The translations under genes and the position numbers were made by a program. A DNA stretch of 59,975 bases, filler included, from Deltaproteobacteria bacterium (GTDB taxonomy: Bacteria > Myxococcota > JACRCW01), in NCBI GenBank assembly GCA_016218805.1. It is 3 parts of 3 records of this genome, joined end to end, with 100 filler letters (N's around TTAATTAATTAA, not from the genome) between each part and the next. Parts side by side here need not be neighbours in the genome. Positions count along the whole stretch, not along the records: positions 1 to 27,904 come from JACRCW010000017.1; 2 more parts are not named here. The stretch is one strand, 5' to 3'. The notes beneath the pieces are model-generated. The model was not told the DNA's origin. It saw only the letters and a program-made list of their open reading frames with translations, and did not search any database. Positions 1 to 9,369 of this stretch are shown piece after piece. The stretch's first letter is position 1; each line of letters begins with the position of its first letter.

Positions 1-345
1 CGCGGCACCAAGAGCAAGGAAGGCTACAAGGCAACGGTGGAGCCGCTGGCGGATCTGCTGGGTGCGGCGGTGGGTGCCACGCGCGCCATCGTTGACGACG
101 GCTGGGTGCCCAATGACTGGCAGGTGGGGCAGACCGGCAAGGTGGTGGCGCCGCAGCTGTACTTCGCGCTGGGCATCTCCGGCGCCATCCAGCACGTGGC
201 GGGGATGAAGGGCAGCAAGACCATTGTGGCCATCAACAAGGACCCGGACGCGCCCATCTTCCAGGTGGCCGACTACGGGCTGGTGGCGGACCTGGCCAAG
301 GCTGTTCCCGAGCTCATGGAAGAGATCAAGAAGGTGAAGGGCTGA
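1..345 (+). CDS. etfA: Electron transfer flavoprotein alpha subunit, 3' part (5' truncated by window)
   Basis: [34 protein letters not shown] and [10 protein letters not shown] are ETF-alpha FAD-domain motifs. Confidence 0.95.
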   Translation, partial: RGTKSKEGYKATVEPLADLLGAAVGATRAIVDDGWVPNDWQVGQTGKVVAPQLYFALGISGAIQHVAGMKGSKTIVAINKDPDAPIFQVADYGLVADLAKAVPELMEEIKKVKG

Positions 346-428
346 GGCACCCCGCACAGGCGGGCACCCTTCCTCTTCATCCCCAGCCAACGGACAGCAT
401 TCCGCACCGCCGCGGTGCGCCCGCTTGG

Positions 429-443
429 CGGCGCGCCGCTTGC
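429..443 (+). promoter_or_regulatory. Possible sigma54 -24/-12 promoter upstream of the kinase
   Basis: CGGCGCGCCGCTTGC gives GG-N10-GC with TTGC, two mismatches to TGGCACG-N4-TTGC; could be chance in high GC. Confidence 0.25.
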
Positions 444-489
444 CTGCCACCGCACGCGGGGGCACCCTGACGTCGGAAGTCAGGTACCC

Positions 490-1452
490 TTGAACCCTTC
501 TGTTCCCTCGCTGGCCGGCACCACCCTCGGAGACTACGAACTGTCCCATCCGCTGGGCGCGGGTGCGCACGGGTACATCTACGAGGCGCGCCACCGGCCC
601 TCCGGGGTGCGCGTGGCGCTCAAGACGCTGCACGCGCGCGTGGAGGATGCCGCCGGTGACCGGGCGCTGGCGCGCTTCTTCCAGGAGGCGCGCGCGGTGC
701 AGCGCATCCGCCACCGCAACGTGGTGCGCCTGTACGAGGCGGGCGAATACCGTCTCACCGGGGAGTCACGCTTGGCGTACTTTGCCATGGAGGTGGTGGA
801 CGGGGTCACGCTGGCCCGCCTGGCGGAGACGGACGGCGCCCTGGATCACGCGGCGGCGTGCCGGATGGCGGCGCAGGCGGCGCTGGGATTGCACGCCGCC
901 CACACGGCGCAGGTCATCCACCGGGACGTCAAGCCGTCCAACATCATGCTGGACGTCCACGGCCGCGTGGTGCTCACGGACTTTGGGCTGTGCCGCCTGG
1001 CGCTGTCCCCGCGCCTGACGGATGCGCGGATGATGGTGGGCACCATCCGCTACGCCTCCGCGGAGATGCTGGCGGGCGTGGAGCCCGACGGGCGGATGGA
1101 CCTGTTCGGGCTGGGCGCGGTGCTGTTCAACCTGTGCACGGGCATGCACCTGCGGGAGCAGCATTCGCTGCCCGCCGTGGTGGAAGCCGTGCGCAACGAC
1201 CTGGACCGCCGCCGCGTGCTGGAGTGTGCCGCGCTGCCGCCGCCGCTGCGGGAACTGCTGGCCCGTTGCGTGGCGCGGGACGCAGCGGACCGGCCGGCCA
1301 CGGGCCTGGAGTTGGCCGGTGCGCTGGATGATGTGGCGGACGTCCTGGGGCGGCGGCGCGCGGGTGCCGGCGCACTCCCCTCCATCCTGCGCGCGGGGCA
1401 CGGACTGTCCGCACGGTCGTCGTCGCGGTCCGGGCGCCGGGGGACGCCGTGA
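490..1452 (+). CDS. Hanks-type Ser/Thr protein kinase, no TM segment
   Basis: LGAGAHG loop, VALK, HRDVKPSN, DFG, GTIRYASAE, DLFGLG. ORF is open from 415; TTG at 490 chosen as probable start. Confidence 0.9.
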   Translation: MNPSVPSLAGTTLGDYELSHPLGAGAHGYIYEARHRPSGVRVALKTLHARVEDAAGDRALARFFQEARAVQRIRHRNVVRLYEAGEYRLTGESRLAYFAMEVVDGVTLARLAETDGALDHAAACRMAAQAALGLHAAHTAQVIHRDVKPSNIMLDVHGRVVLTDFGLCRLALSPRLTDARMMVGTIRYASAEMLAGVEPDGRMDLFGLGAVLFNLCTGMHLREQHSLPAVVEAVRNDLDRRRVLECAALPPPLRELLARCVARDAADRPATGLELAGALDDVADVLGRRRAGAGALPSILRAGHGLSARSSSRSGRRGTP

Positions 1453-1925
1453 CCCGGAGCCGCGTGCTGGTGGGCGCCATCACCGCGGTGCTGGTACTGG
1501 GCGGGGCGGGCGCCTGGTGGCTGCTGCGGACCGAGGAGGACCGCGTGCGGGCGGTCATCCAGGAGGGCGCGGCCGCAGCGCGCGCGCGTGACGTGGTGCG
1601 GATGGACGCCATCCTGGCCCCGGACTTCACCACCAGCCGCGGCCTGCCACGGGCCGGGGCGCTGGAGGCGCTGCGGTATGCGTTTCAACAGCGCTACCGC
1701 GAGATCGACGTGGAACTGGGACCGGACCCCCTCCCCGTGAAGCTGGAGCAGCAGGAAACCCGCGCGGTGGTCTTGCTGGATGTCCGGGCGGTGGGGCGCA
1801 CAGCGCCGGGCGCCCCCGCCGAGGACGTGCTGGCCCTGGCGCAGACGGGCAACCGCTGGGTGGTGCGCCTCACCCTGCGCGAGGACCACTGGCTCGTCGT
1901 CGGGCTGGACACCGGCGTCCGGTAG
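1449..1925 (+). CDS. Membrane-anchored hypothetical protein, possibly NTF2/SnoaL-like domain
   Basis: N-terminal hydrophobic helix, then ARDVVRMDAILAPDF...W pattern; GTGA overlap with the kinase stop. Confidence 0.65.
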   Translation: MTRSRVLVGAITAVLVLGGAGAWWLLRTEEDRVRAVIQEGAAAARARDVVRMDAILAPDFTTSRGLPRAGALEALRYAFQQRYREIDVELGPDPLPVKLEQQETRAVVLLDVRAVGRTAPGAPAEDVLALAQTGNRWVVRLTLREDHWLVVGLDTGVR

Positions 1926-1992
1926 GACGGGCAAACTTCTTGCTCCCGTCGGCCGCGCCGCTATCCTCGCGCGGGGAGTGGGAGGGTGGCGG

Positions 1993-3327
1993 ATGCCGGG
2001 CACAGCAGACGGGCGGGCGCAGGCACCGCGCAACGCGTTGACGCTGGAGTTCACCGATCCCGTCGTGGAGCGCGAGTTTGTGCGCCGCCAGGAACGCGAT
2101 TCCAGCCCGCTGATTGCTCGCCACGCGGCCGTCTCGCTGGTCATCTGGACGGCCCTGCTGGTGGCGGTGTGGGTGCTGGCGCCGGACCACCGCGTGGACG
2201 CGCTGCTCTGGGTGGTGTGCCTCATCATTCCCATACAGCTGCCGCTGCTGGTGTTGGCGCCGCGGGCGGAGACGTCCGCGGAGTGCCGGCGCATCCAGCG
2301 GCATGCGTTGCTGGCGCACGCGGTGGACGCGGCCGTGCTTGTGGCGCTGGTCCACGTGCAGCTGCGCCAGCCCGCCGCCGCGGTGGCGCTCCTCGTCGGG
2401 ACCACGGCGTTTGCCGCCGCCTGCTGCCGCCACCGCGCGGTCCACGTGGCGTTGCTGGCGGCCGGCGTGACGCTGCTCTACCAGGCGGTCCTGGCTTGGC
2501 AGTGGGGCATGGATGACGCCAGCACCGCCACCACGGCGCTGGTGAGCCTGGCCGCATGGGCCGCCGGCGTGCAGGCGGTGCTGGCCGCGCGCAACAGCGA
2601 GACCGCGTTGCGGGATGCGTTTGGCCAGGAGCGCCTGGTGGAAACCCGCGGCGAAGAGCGCGACGCGGAGAAGGAACGCGCGGACCGGCTGCTGCTCAAC
2701 GCGGTGCCGGCCGGCGTGGCCCGCCGCCTGCGCACCGGCCCCGGCACCCGCACGGTTGCCGTGGACCAGGCCTCCGCGTCGTTGCTGGTGGCGGACCTGT
2801 CCGGGTTCACGGCGGGTGGCGGGCCCATGACCGCCGCGGACGTCGTGGAGACCCTCAACGCGGTGTTCGCCGCGTTTGACGATATCGTGGAGAAACACGG
2901 GATGGAGCGCCTGCGCACCGTGGGTGACTGCTACGTGGTGGCCGCCGGCGTCACACAGCCGCGCGCGGACCACGCCCCCGTGCTGACCGGCCTGGCGTTG
3001 GAGTTGCGGGACCAGGTGCTGGCGCGGGAGTTCGCCGGGCGGAAGCTGCCGCTGCGCCTGGGCCTGCACGCCGGCAAGGTGTCTGCGGGCATCATCGGGC
3101 GGGGCCGGTTTGTCTATGACACCTGGGGAGACGCCGTGAAGGTGGCCGGCGCCATGGCATCCCTGGCGGAGCCCGGCACGCTGTACGCCTCCGGGCCCGC
3201 GCATGACCTGCTGGCGGGCGCGTTTGATTGCGAATCCCGCGGCGTGCTGGCCGTCAAGGGCCACGCCGAACTGGCCCTGTGGCTGGTCCGCGGCCCCGCC
3301 GCCAGGACGACGGCCGCGCCGGGTTGA
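1993..3327 (+). CDS. Multi-TM class III adenylate/guanylate cyclase-domain protein (active site looks degenerate)
   Basis: About 6 hydrophobic segments, ADRLLLNAVP coiled region, ADLSGFT, RTVGDCY, RLGLHAG, YDTWGDAV, VKGH; GGAGGG RBS before ATG 1993. Confidence 0.88.
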   Translation: MPGTADGRAQAPRNALTLEFTDPVVEREFVRRQERDSSPLIARHAAVSLVIWTALLVAVWVLAPDHRVDALLWVVCLIIPIQLPLLVLAPRAETSAECRRIQRHALLAHAVDAAVLVALVHVQLRQPAAAVALLVGTTAFAAACCRHRAVHVALLAAGVTLLYQAVLAWQWGMDDASTATTALVSLAAWAAGVQAVLAARNSETALRDAFGQERLVETRGEERDAEKERADRLLLNAVPAGVARRLRTGPGTRTVAVDQASASLLVADLSGFTAGGGPMTAADVVETLNAVFAAFDDIVEKHGMERLRTVGDCYVVAAGVTQPRADHAPVLTGLALELRDQVLAREFAGRKLPLRLGLHAGKVSAGIIGRGRFVYDTWGDAVKVAGAMASLAEPGTLYASGPAHDLLAGAFDCESRGVLAVKGHAELALWLVRGPAARTTAAPG

Positions 3328-3361
3328 GCGCCGGGCGGCCCCCGGCTAGCTCGGGGGCGCC

Positions 3362-4144
3362 ATGGCCTACCCCACCCTCACCCTGGAGCACGGCAACGTG
3401 CGCGCGGAAGTGGTCCCCCAACGCGGCTGCCTGGTTGCCCGCCTGCGGGTGGATGGCGTGGAGGTCCTGTACCTGGACCGCGCCACCGTGGATGACCCGG
3501 AGCAGAGCGTGCGCGGCGGCATCCCGCTGCTGTTTCCGTTTGCCGGCCGGCTCAAGGATGACCGGCTGCTGGACGCCGGGACCAGCCTGCGGCAGCACGG
3601 GTTCGCGCGGCACATGGCCTGGTCACTGACCGAATCCCGCCCCGGCCAGCTGCGCTTTTCCCTGGCGGACACCGAGCAGACCCGCGCGGTGTACCCGCAC
3701 GCCTTCACGGCGGACCACGTGCTGACCGTGCTCCCGCGCGGGCTGCAGATGGAACTCGTCGTCGTCAACCGCGGCAGCGCGCCCCTGCCGCTGTCCCCCG
3801 GCTGGCACCCCTACTTCCGCTGCCCCTCCGCCCAGAAGCCGCGCATCCGCACGGACGTGCCCGGCCTGGACCCCGCGCGGTTCCTCCCGGACGCGGAGTT
3901 TGACTTTGGCGTGCCCGCCCCCGCTGACGGGCGCGCGGCCTTTGACCTGCCTGGCCTGGGGCGCCTCAGATTGACCCACAGTGCACAGATGCGCTTCCTG
4001 CAGTGCTGGTCCCTCCCCGGGCGGGACTTTGTGTGCCTGGAGCCGTTCTGGGGCCCCAATGACACCCTCAACACGCCGCTGCGCCTGCAGCTCCCCGCCG
4101 GCGCGGGCCACACGCTCTGCCTGCGCATCGAAGTCGACGCGTGA
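3362..4144 (+). CDS. Aldose 1-epimerase / galactose mutarotase-like protein
   Basis: RGGIPLLFPFAG, QHGFAR, GWHPYF, FVCLEP motifs. Confidence 0.9.
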   Translation: MAYPTLTLEHGNVRAEVVPQRGCLVARLRVDGVEVLYLDRATVDDPEQSVRGGIPLLFPFAGRLKDDRLLDAGTSLRQHGFARHMAWSLTESRPGQLRFSLADTEQTRAVYPHAFTADHVLTVLPRGLQMELVVVNRGSAPLPLSPGWHPYFRCPSAQKPRIRTDVPGLDPARFLPDAEFDFGVPAPADGRAAFDLPGLGRLRLTHSAQMRFLQCWSLPGRDFVCLEPFWGPNDTLNTPLRLQLPAGAGHTLCLRIEVDA

Positions 4145-4358
4145 CCCCCTTGTCGACGACAAACCTGCGCGATCCTGCGATCCGGCCCGCCGGGGAACGC
4201 ACCTTGCCCTCGGAGATCGCACCTTTGACGACGTGGGATTTGACCCGGCGCGGGCCCGCGTGATCAGCGCGCCCGTGGCGACGGAGCAACGTCCAGGCGC
4301 GCCGCCAATCCAATGCGTTCTCCACGCGTGATCAGGACGGGCCCGCCAAGCCGATCAA

Positions 4359-4371
4359 AATCAAGCACTTG
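4359..4371 (+). promoter_or_regulatory. IHF-binding site candidate
   Basis: AATCAAGCACTTG exactly matches WATCAANNNNTTR, in the AT-richer intergenic region before nrdJ. Confidence 0.45.
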
Positions 4372-4488
4372 CTGACCGCGTGTTTTCAACCATTCATGCA
4401 TTGCCACGTATGGTCACAACGTGAAAAACGTTTGCACGGCGGGAACTTGCAGGTGCGTTTTTGAGGGCGCACTTCAGCGCCGTCGCGA

Positions 4489-4576
4489 CCACAACCGCTG
4501 GGGGGTCCAAATTCGAGTGAGTACGCGGCGTTGTGGATGGGTGACAAAAAAGGGCTTGCCACCCCAGGGGTGGGTC
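4489..4576. promoter_or_regulatory. Candidate NrdR boxes upstream of nrdJ
   Basis: CCACAACCGCTGGGGG (4489-4504), GTACGCGGCGTTGTGG (4521-4536, 32 bp later) and ACCCCAGGGGTGGGTC (4561-4576) are degenerate matches to acaCwAtATaTwGtg. Confidence 0.35.
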
Positions 4577-4757
4577 TGAGAAATGACACTCCCGCGACGG
4601 TTCGTCGGGGACGCATCGCCGCTTCAGCTCGATCCGGTGGTGGAGGGATTCTGGAGTTCGGCGCGAGCCGGGCACCTGGGGGTGTTTCGCGCTTCGCCAG
4701 ACGACATCCAGAATCCGCTTCGCTACCTCCAACCTGTTCTCCTGAGGGCGCCCAGTC

Positions 4758-7598
4758 ATGGTCGTTCAAGGCACGTCCAACCCTTTCCGCTCCACCCGCT
4801 CCATCACCCCGCGCGCGCGCGCGGCCGTTTCGGACCCGCGCTGGGTCAGCGCCACGGAAGCGGGCTGCCACATTCCGCGCCGCTATACGCAGCCGGGGCA
4901 GGACCTGTGGGCCATGGTGGAATGGGACACGCGCACGGCGCTCATTGCGGACGCCACCGGCAAGGCGGTGTTTGAGCAGAAGGACGTGGAGGTCCCGCGC
5001 CCCTGGTCCCAGACGGCCACGCAGATTGTGGCGTCCAAGTACTTCCGCGGGACGCTGGGCACCCCGGAGCGCGAGCGCAGCGTCAAACAGCTCATTGGCC
5101 GCGTCATTGACACGCTGACGGCGTGGGGCCAGCGGCGCGGGTACTTTGCCACGGCGGCGGATGCCGAGGCATTCCGCCTGGAGCTGGGCTACCTGCTGCT
5201 CACGCAGCGCCTGGCCTTCAACAGCCCGGTCTGGTTCAACCTGGGCGTGGAAGCGCACCCGCAGTGCAGTGCGTGCTTCATCAACTCCGTGGAGGACTCC
5301 ATGGAGTCCATCCTGGGGCTGGCCCGCACGGAGGGCATGCTGTTCAAGTACGGCAGCGGCACGGGGTCCAACCTGTCCGCCATCCGGTCCTCCCGCGAGC
5401 TGCTCAAGGGCGGCGGCACCGCGTCCGGCCCGGTCAGCTTCATGAAGGGCTTTGACGCGTTTGCCGGCGTCATCAAGAGCGGCGGCAAGACGCGGCGTGC
5501 GGCCAAGATGGTGATCCTCAACGTGGCGCACCCGGACATCTTTGACTTTGTGCGCTGCAAGTCCACGGAGGAGAAGAAGGCCTGGAGCCTCATTGAGGCG
5601 GGGTATGACGGCAACTTCAACGTCCCCGGCGGCGCGTATGACAGCGTGTTCTTCCAGAACGCCAACCATTCGGTGCGCGTGACGGACGGGTTCATGCGCG
5701 CGGTCAAGGAGGACAAGACCTGGACCACCACGGAAATCACCAGCAACCGCCCGGCGGAGACCTTCCGCGCGCGCGAGTTGTGGACGGAGATGGCGCAGGC
5801 CGCGCACCTGTGCGGGGACCCGGGCCTGCAGTTCGACACCACGGTGAACCGCTGGCACACCTGCAAGGGCACCGCGCGCATCAACGCGTCCAACCCGTGC
5901 AGCGAATACATGTTCCTGGATGACAGCGCCTGCAACCTCGCGTCGCTCAACCTCATGAGGTTCCGCGGGACGGATGGCGCCTTTGACGTGGACGGCTTCC
6001 GCCACGCGTGCTCGCTGTCCATCCTGGCGCAGGAGATCCTCGTCGACGATTCGTCCTACCCGACGCGGGCGATTGAGAAGAACAGCCATGACTACCGCCC
6101 GCTGGGATTGGGCTACGCCAACCTGGGCGCGCTGCTGATGGCCAAGGGTCTCCCGTATGACGCGGATGAGGGCCGCGCCTACGCAGCCGCCATCACCGCC
6201 ATCATGACCGGCACGGCGTACCAGGCCTCCGCGGAGGTGGCGCGCGCCAAGGGCCCGTTTGCCGGGTACGTGCGCAACCGGGACAGCTTCCTGGACGTGA
6301 TGGGCCTGCACCGCGAGCACGTGGACCGCATTGACGCCAGCCACGCGGTGCCCGCGGACCTGCTGGACGCCGCGCGGGACGCGTGGGACAGCGCCATTGA
6401 GCTGGGGGAGCAGTACGGCTACCGCAACGCGCAGACCACGGTGCTGGCCCCCACGGGCACCATCGGCTTCATGATGGACTGCGACACCACGGGCATTGAA
6501 CCGGACATTGCGCTCATCAAGTACAAGAAGCTGGTGGGCGGCGGCATGATGAAGATTGTCAACGCCACCGTGCCGGAAGCGCTGCAGAAGCTGGGCTACG
6601 CCCGCCCGGAGCAGGAAGCCATCCTCAAGCACCTGGACGACGAGGAGACCATTGAGGGCGCGCCGTTCCTCAAGGCGGAGCACGTGCCGGTGTTTGACTG
6701 CGCGTTCAAGGCCTCCCGCGGCACCCGCACCATTGCGCCCATGGGCCACGTGCGGATGATGGCGGCGGTGCAGCCGTTCCTGTCTGGCGCCATCAGCAAG
6801 ACGGTGAACATGCCCACGGACTCCACCGCGGAGGACATTGCGGGCATCTATGAGAAGGCGTGGGAGCTGGGCCTCAAGGCCATTGCCATCTACCGGGACG
6901 GCAGCAAGCGCACGCAGCCACTGGCCACCGGCAAGGCCAAGGCCCGCGCCGAAGAGCCGCCGGTGGAGCGGCAGGTGGTGGAACTGGTGGGCCCCGGCGC
7001 GGAACGCCGCCGCCTGCCGGACGAGCGCCGCAGCGTGACGCACAAGTTCTCCATTGGCGGGCATGAAGGCTACATGACCGTCGGCATGTACGACGACGGC
7101 TCGCCCGGCGAGCTGTTCTGCGTGATGAGCAAGGAAGGCAGCGTGGTGTCCGGTCTGATGGACGCGTTTGCCACGGCGGTCAGCCTGGCGCTGCAGCACG
7201 GCGTGCCGCTCAAGGTGCTGGTGGACAAGTTTGCGCACACGCGCTTTGAGCCCAGCGGTTTCACCGGCAACCCGCAGGTGCCCATTGCCAAGAGCGTGAC
7301 GGACTACATCTTCCGCTGGATGGCGCTGAAGTTCCTCCCCGTGGAAGACCGCCCGTTTGACCCCAGCGCGCAGCAGCAGGACATGTTTGCGCCGGTGCCG
7401 CACGCCGCGGTGGTGGAGAAGAAGGCGGACTCCACGCCGCCGCCCTCCTCCGCGCAGGAGGCCCGGCGCAACCAGGAGCGCACGGTGTTCTCGCTGCAGG
7501 CGGACGCGCCCCCGTGCCAGTTCTGCGGGTCCATCATGGTGCGCAACGGTGCCTGCTACAAATGCCTCAACTGCGGCACCACCAGCGGTTGCTCGTGA
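4758..7598 (+). CDS. nrdJ: Class II (adenosylcobalamin-dependent) ribonucleotide reductase
   Basis: FNSPVWFN, QCSACFI, KSGGKTRRAAKM, SNPCSEY catalytic motif, APTGTI, GAISKTVN, IYRDGSK; C-terminal TSCPD-like domain and CQFC...CLNC zinc ribbon. Confidence 0.96.
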   Translation: MVVQGTSNPFRSTRSITPRARAAVSDPRWVSATEAGCHIPRRYTQPGQDLWAMVEWDTRTALIADATGKAVFEQKDVEVPRPWSQTATQIVASKYFRGTLGTPERERSVKQLIGRVIDTLTAWGQRRGYFATAADAEAFRLELGYLLLTQRLAFNSPVWFNLGVEAHPQCSACFINSVEDSMESILGLARTEGMLFKYGSGTGSNLSAIRSSRELLKGGGTASGPVSFMKGFDAFAGVIKSGGKTRRAAKMVILNVAHPDIFDFVRCKSTEEKKAWSLIEAGYDGNFNVPGGAYDSVFFQNANHSVRVTDGFMRAVKEDKTWTTTEITSNRPAETFRARELWTEMAQAAHLCGDPGLQFDTTVNRWHTCKGTARINASNPCSEYMFLDDSACNLASLNLMRFRGTDGAFDVDGFRHACSLSILAQEILVDDSSYPTRAIEKNSHDYRPLGLGYANLGALLMAKGLPYDADEGRAYAAAITAIMTGTAYQASAEVARAKGPFAGYVRNRDSFLDVMGLHREHVDRIDASHAVPADLLDAARDAWDSAIELGEQYGYRNAQTTVLAPTGTIGFMMDCDTTGIEPDIALIKYKKLVGGGMMKIVNATVPEALQKLGYARPEQEAILKHLDDEETIEGAPFLKAEHVPVFDCAFKASRGTRTIAPMGHVRMMAAVQPFLSGAISKTVNMPTDSTAEDIAGIYEKAWELGLKAIAIYRDGSKRTQPLATGKAKARAEEPPVERQVVELVGPGAERRRLPDERRSVTHKFSIGGHEGYMTVGMYDDGSPGELFCVMSKEGSVVSGLMDAFATAVSLALQHGVPLKVLVDKFAHTRFEPSGFTGNPQVPIAKSVTDYIFRWMALKFLPVEDRPFDPSAQQQDMFAPVPHAAVVEKKADSTPPPSSAQEARRNQERTVFSLQADAPPCQFCGSIMVRNGACYKCLNCGTTSGCS

Positions 7599-7705
7599 TG
7601 TGAACGGGCGTTGACTGGCGCTCCCGCCCCTTGTGGCTGGCCTGATTGCTGCTAGATGGGGCCGCGGGTCCGGGCCGTCGTCAGCGCCCGCACCGGGAGT
7701 GCCGC

Positions 7706-8497
7706 TTGGAATCCTCGGAACAGAAGGGCCAGAAGCCCCGCCCGCCGCCTGGTCCCCTCCCCGCCCACGTGGCGATCATCATGGATGGGAACGGACGGTG
7801 GGCGCAGCAGAAGAGCCTGCCGCGCGTGCTGGGCCACCGCGAGGGGGCCCGCAGCGTGCGCCGCATTGTCACCTACGCGCGCGAGATTGGCATCCGTTAC
7901 CTGACGCTGTACGCGTTCTCGACGGAGAACTGGGGGCGGCCGGAGCTGGAGGTGGGCGCGCTGATGATGCTGCTGCGCGACTACCTGGAGGACGAGCGGC
8001 CCACCATTCTCAAGAACAACATCAAGCTCAGCACCATTGGCGCCACCGAGCGGCTGCCGGGCTACGTGCGGGACCCGCTGGTGGAGCTGATGCGGGACAG
8101 CAGTGACAACACGGGCATGACGCTGACGCTGGCGCTCTCCTACAGCGGGCGCGAGGAAATCACCCGTGCCACGCGCGCGCTGGCTGAGCAGGTGGCCCGC
8201 GGCGAGCTCAAGCCGGAGAGCATCACCGCGGACATGGTGGCCAACCGGCTGGACACCGCGGGGATGCCGGACCCGGACCTGCTCATCCGCACGTCCGGGG
8301 AGCTGCGCATCTCCAATTTCATGCTGTGGCAGCTGGCGTACACGGAACTCTACATCACGCAGACCCTGTGGCCGGACTTTGATGAAAGCACGCTCAACGA
8401 AGCGCTGCGCGCCTACCAGGGACGCACGCGGCGTTTTGGCAAGACCACCGAACAGGTCCTTCCCCCCGACGCCAGCCGCCCCGCCCCCACCCGCTGA
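7706..8497 (+). CDS. uppS: Undecaprenyl diphosphate synthase (cis-isoprenyl transferase)
   Basis: HVAIIMDGNGRWA, YAFSTENWGRP, DLLIRTSGELRISNFMLWQ; TTG start after GGGAG. Confidence 0.96.
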   Translation: MESSEQKGQKPRPPPGPLPAHVAIIMDGNGRWAQQKSLPRVLGHREGARSVRRIVTYAREIGIRYLTLYAFSTENWGRPELEVGALMMLLRDYLEDERPTILKNNIKLSTIGATERLPGYVRDPLVELMRDSSDNTGMTLTLALSYSGREEITRATRALAEQVARGELKPESITADMVANRLDTAGMPDPDLLIRTSGELRISNFMLWQLAYTELYITQTLWPDFDESTLNEALRAYQGRTRRFGKTTEQVLPPDASRPAPTR

Positions 8498-8506
8498 GGA
8501 CTCCCC

Positions 8507-9367
8507 ATGGCCGGCTTCTTCAACCGGAACCTGATGCTCCGCATTGCCACCGCGGTCGTCGGGCTGCCGGTGCTGATTGCGTTTCTGGAACTGGGCGGCT
8601 GGTACGTGAGCGTGGGGCTGCTGGTGGCCACCGCGCTGTCCGCCACCGAGTACTTCCTGGTGCAGGCCAAGGGTGACCGCCCCACGCAACTGGTGGGCAT
8701 TGCCGCGGCAACCGCGCTGGGCGCGCTGAGCACGTGGGGCCCGCTGATGCCCATCCATGACACGCGAGCGGTGTCTGCGGGCCTGCTGGTGCTGATGTGC
8801 GTGCTCATGTTCATTGCCGCGTTCTTCCTGGTCCACACCGGGGACATGGCAAGCGCGTGGCCGCGGCTGGCCATGCTGGTGGGCGGCGCGCTGTACACGG
8901 GGCTGCCGCTCACCTTCCTGGCCCGCGCCCGCGAGCTCCCCGACGGGCGCCTGTGGTGCTACCTGCCCATGGTGCTGACGTGGGGGAATGACACGTTTGC
9001 GTATTTCTGCGGGCGCCTGTTGGGGAAGCACAAGATGGCGCCGCACATCAGCCCGGGGAAGACGTGGGAGGGCTTTGGCGGCGCGCTGCTGCTGACGGTG
9101 GGGACGGCATTTGCGTGGCGGGCGCTGGCGCAACCCGCCTTCACGGTGGCGGACTGTGTGGCATTGGGCGTGTGCATCAGCGTGCTGGGCCCCATTGGGG
9201 ACCTCACGGAGAGCGTGTGGAAGCGCTCCAACGGCATCAAGGACTCCGGCAACCTGCTGCCCGGCCACGGGGGCCTGCTGGACCGCATTGACGCGCTGAT
9301 GTTCACCGCGCCGTTCCTCTACTTCTACGCGGCGTTCATGCATCCCTGGAACGCGCTGGGGAACTGA
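8507..9367 (+). CDS. cdsA: Phosphatidate cytidylyltransferase
   Basis: DTFAYFCG, ISPGKTWEG, GDLTESVWKR..IKDSGNLLPGHGGLLDRID; follows uppS. Confidence 0.95.
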   Translation: MAGFFNRNLMLRIATAVVGLPVLIAFLELGGWYVSVGLLVATALSATEYFLVQAKGDRPTQLVGIAAATALGALSTWGPLMPIHDTRAVSAGLLVLMCVLMFIAAFFLVHTGDMASAWPRLAMLVGGALYTGLPLTFLARARELPDGRLWCYLPMVLTWGNDTFAYFCGRLLGKHKMAPHISPGKTWEGFGGALLLTVGTAFAWRALAQPAFTVADCVALGVCISVLGPIGDLTESVWKRSNGIKDSGNLLPGHGGLLDRIDALMFTAPFLYFYAAFMHPWNALGN

Positions 9368-9369
9368 CC

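Noticed and set aside
4193..4207. GG-N10-GC motif (GGGAACGCACCTTGC) as a sigma54 promoter for nrdJ
   Set aside because: About 550 bp from the start codon, with the IHF site on the wrong side; not supportable.
4145..4757. Possible oriC or cobalamin riboswitch upstream of nrdJ
   Set aside because: Only weak DnaA-box-like words (e.g. TGTGGATGG) and no DUE; no recognisable B12-box core.
4386..7403. 1005-aa minus-strand ORF, and similar long shadow ORFs (11185-13692 +, 18554-21190 -, 29066-32149 -, 31657-34014 -, 41452-43689 -)
   Set aside because: Antisense to well-supported genes; expected from stop-codon scarcity in high-GC DNA; no domain motifs.
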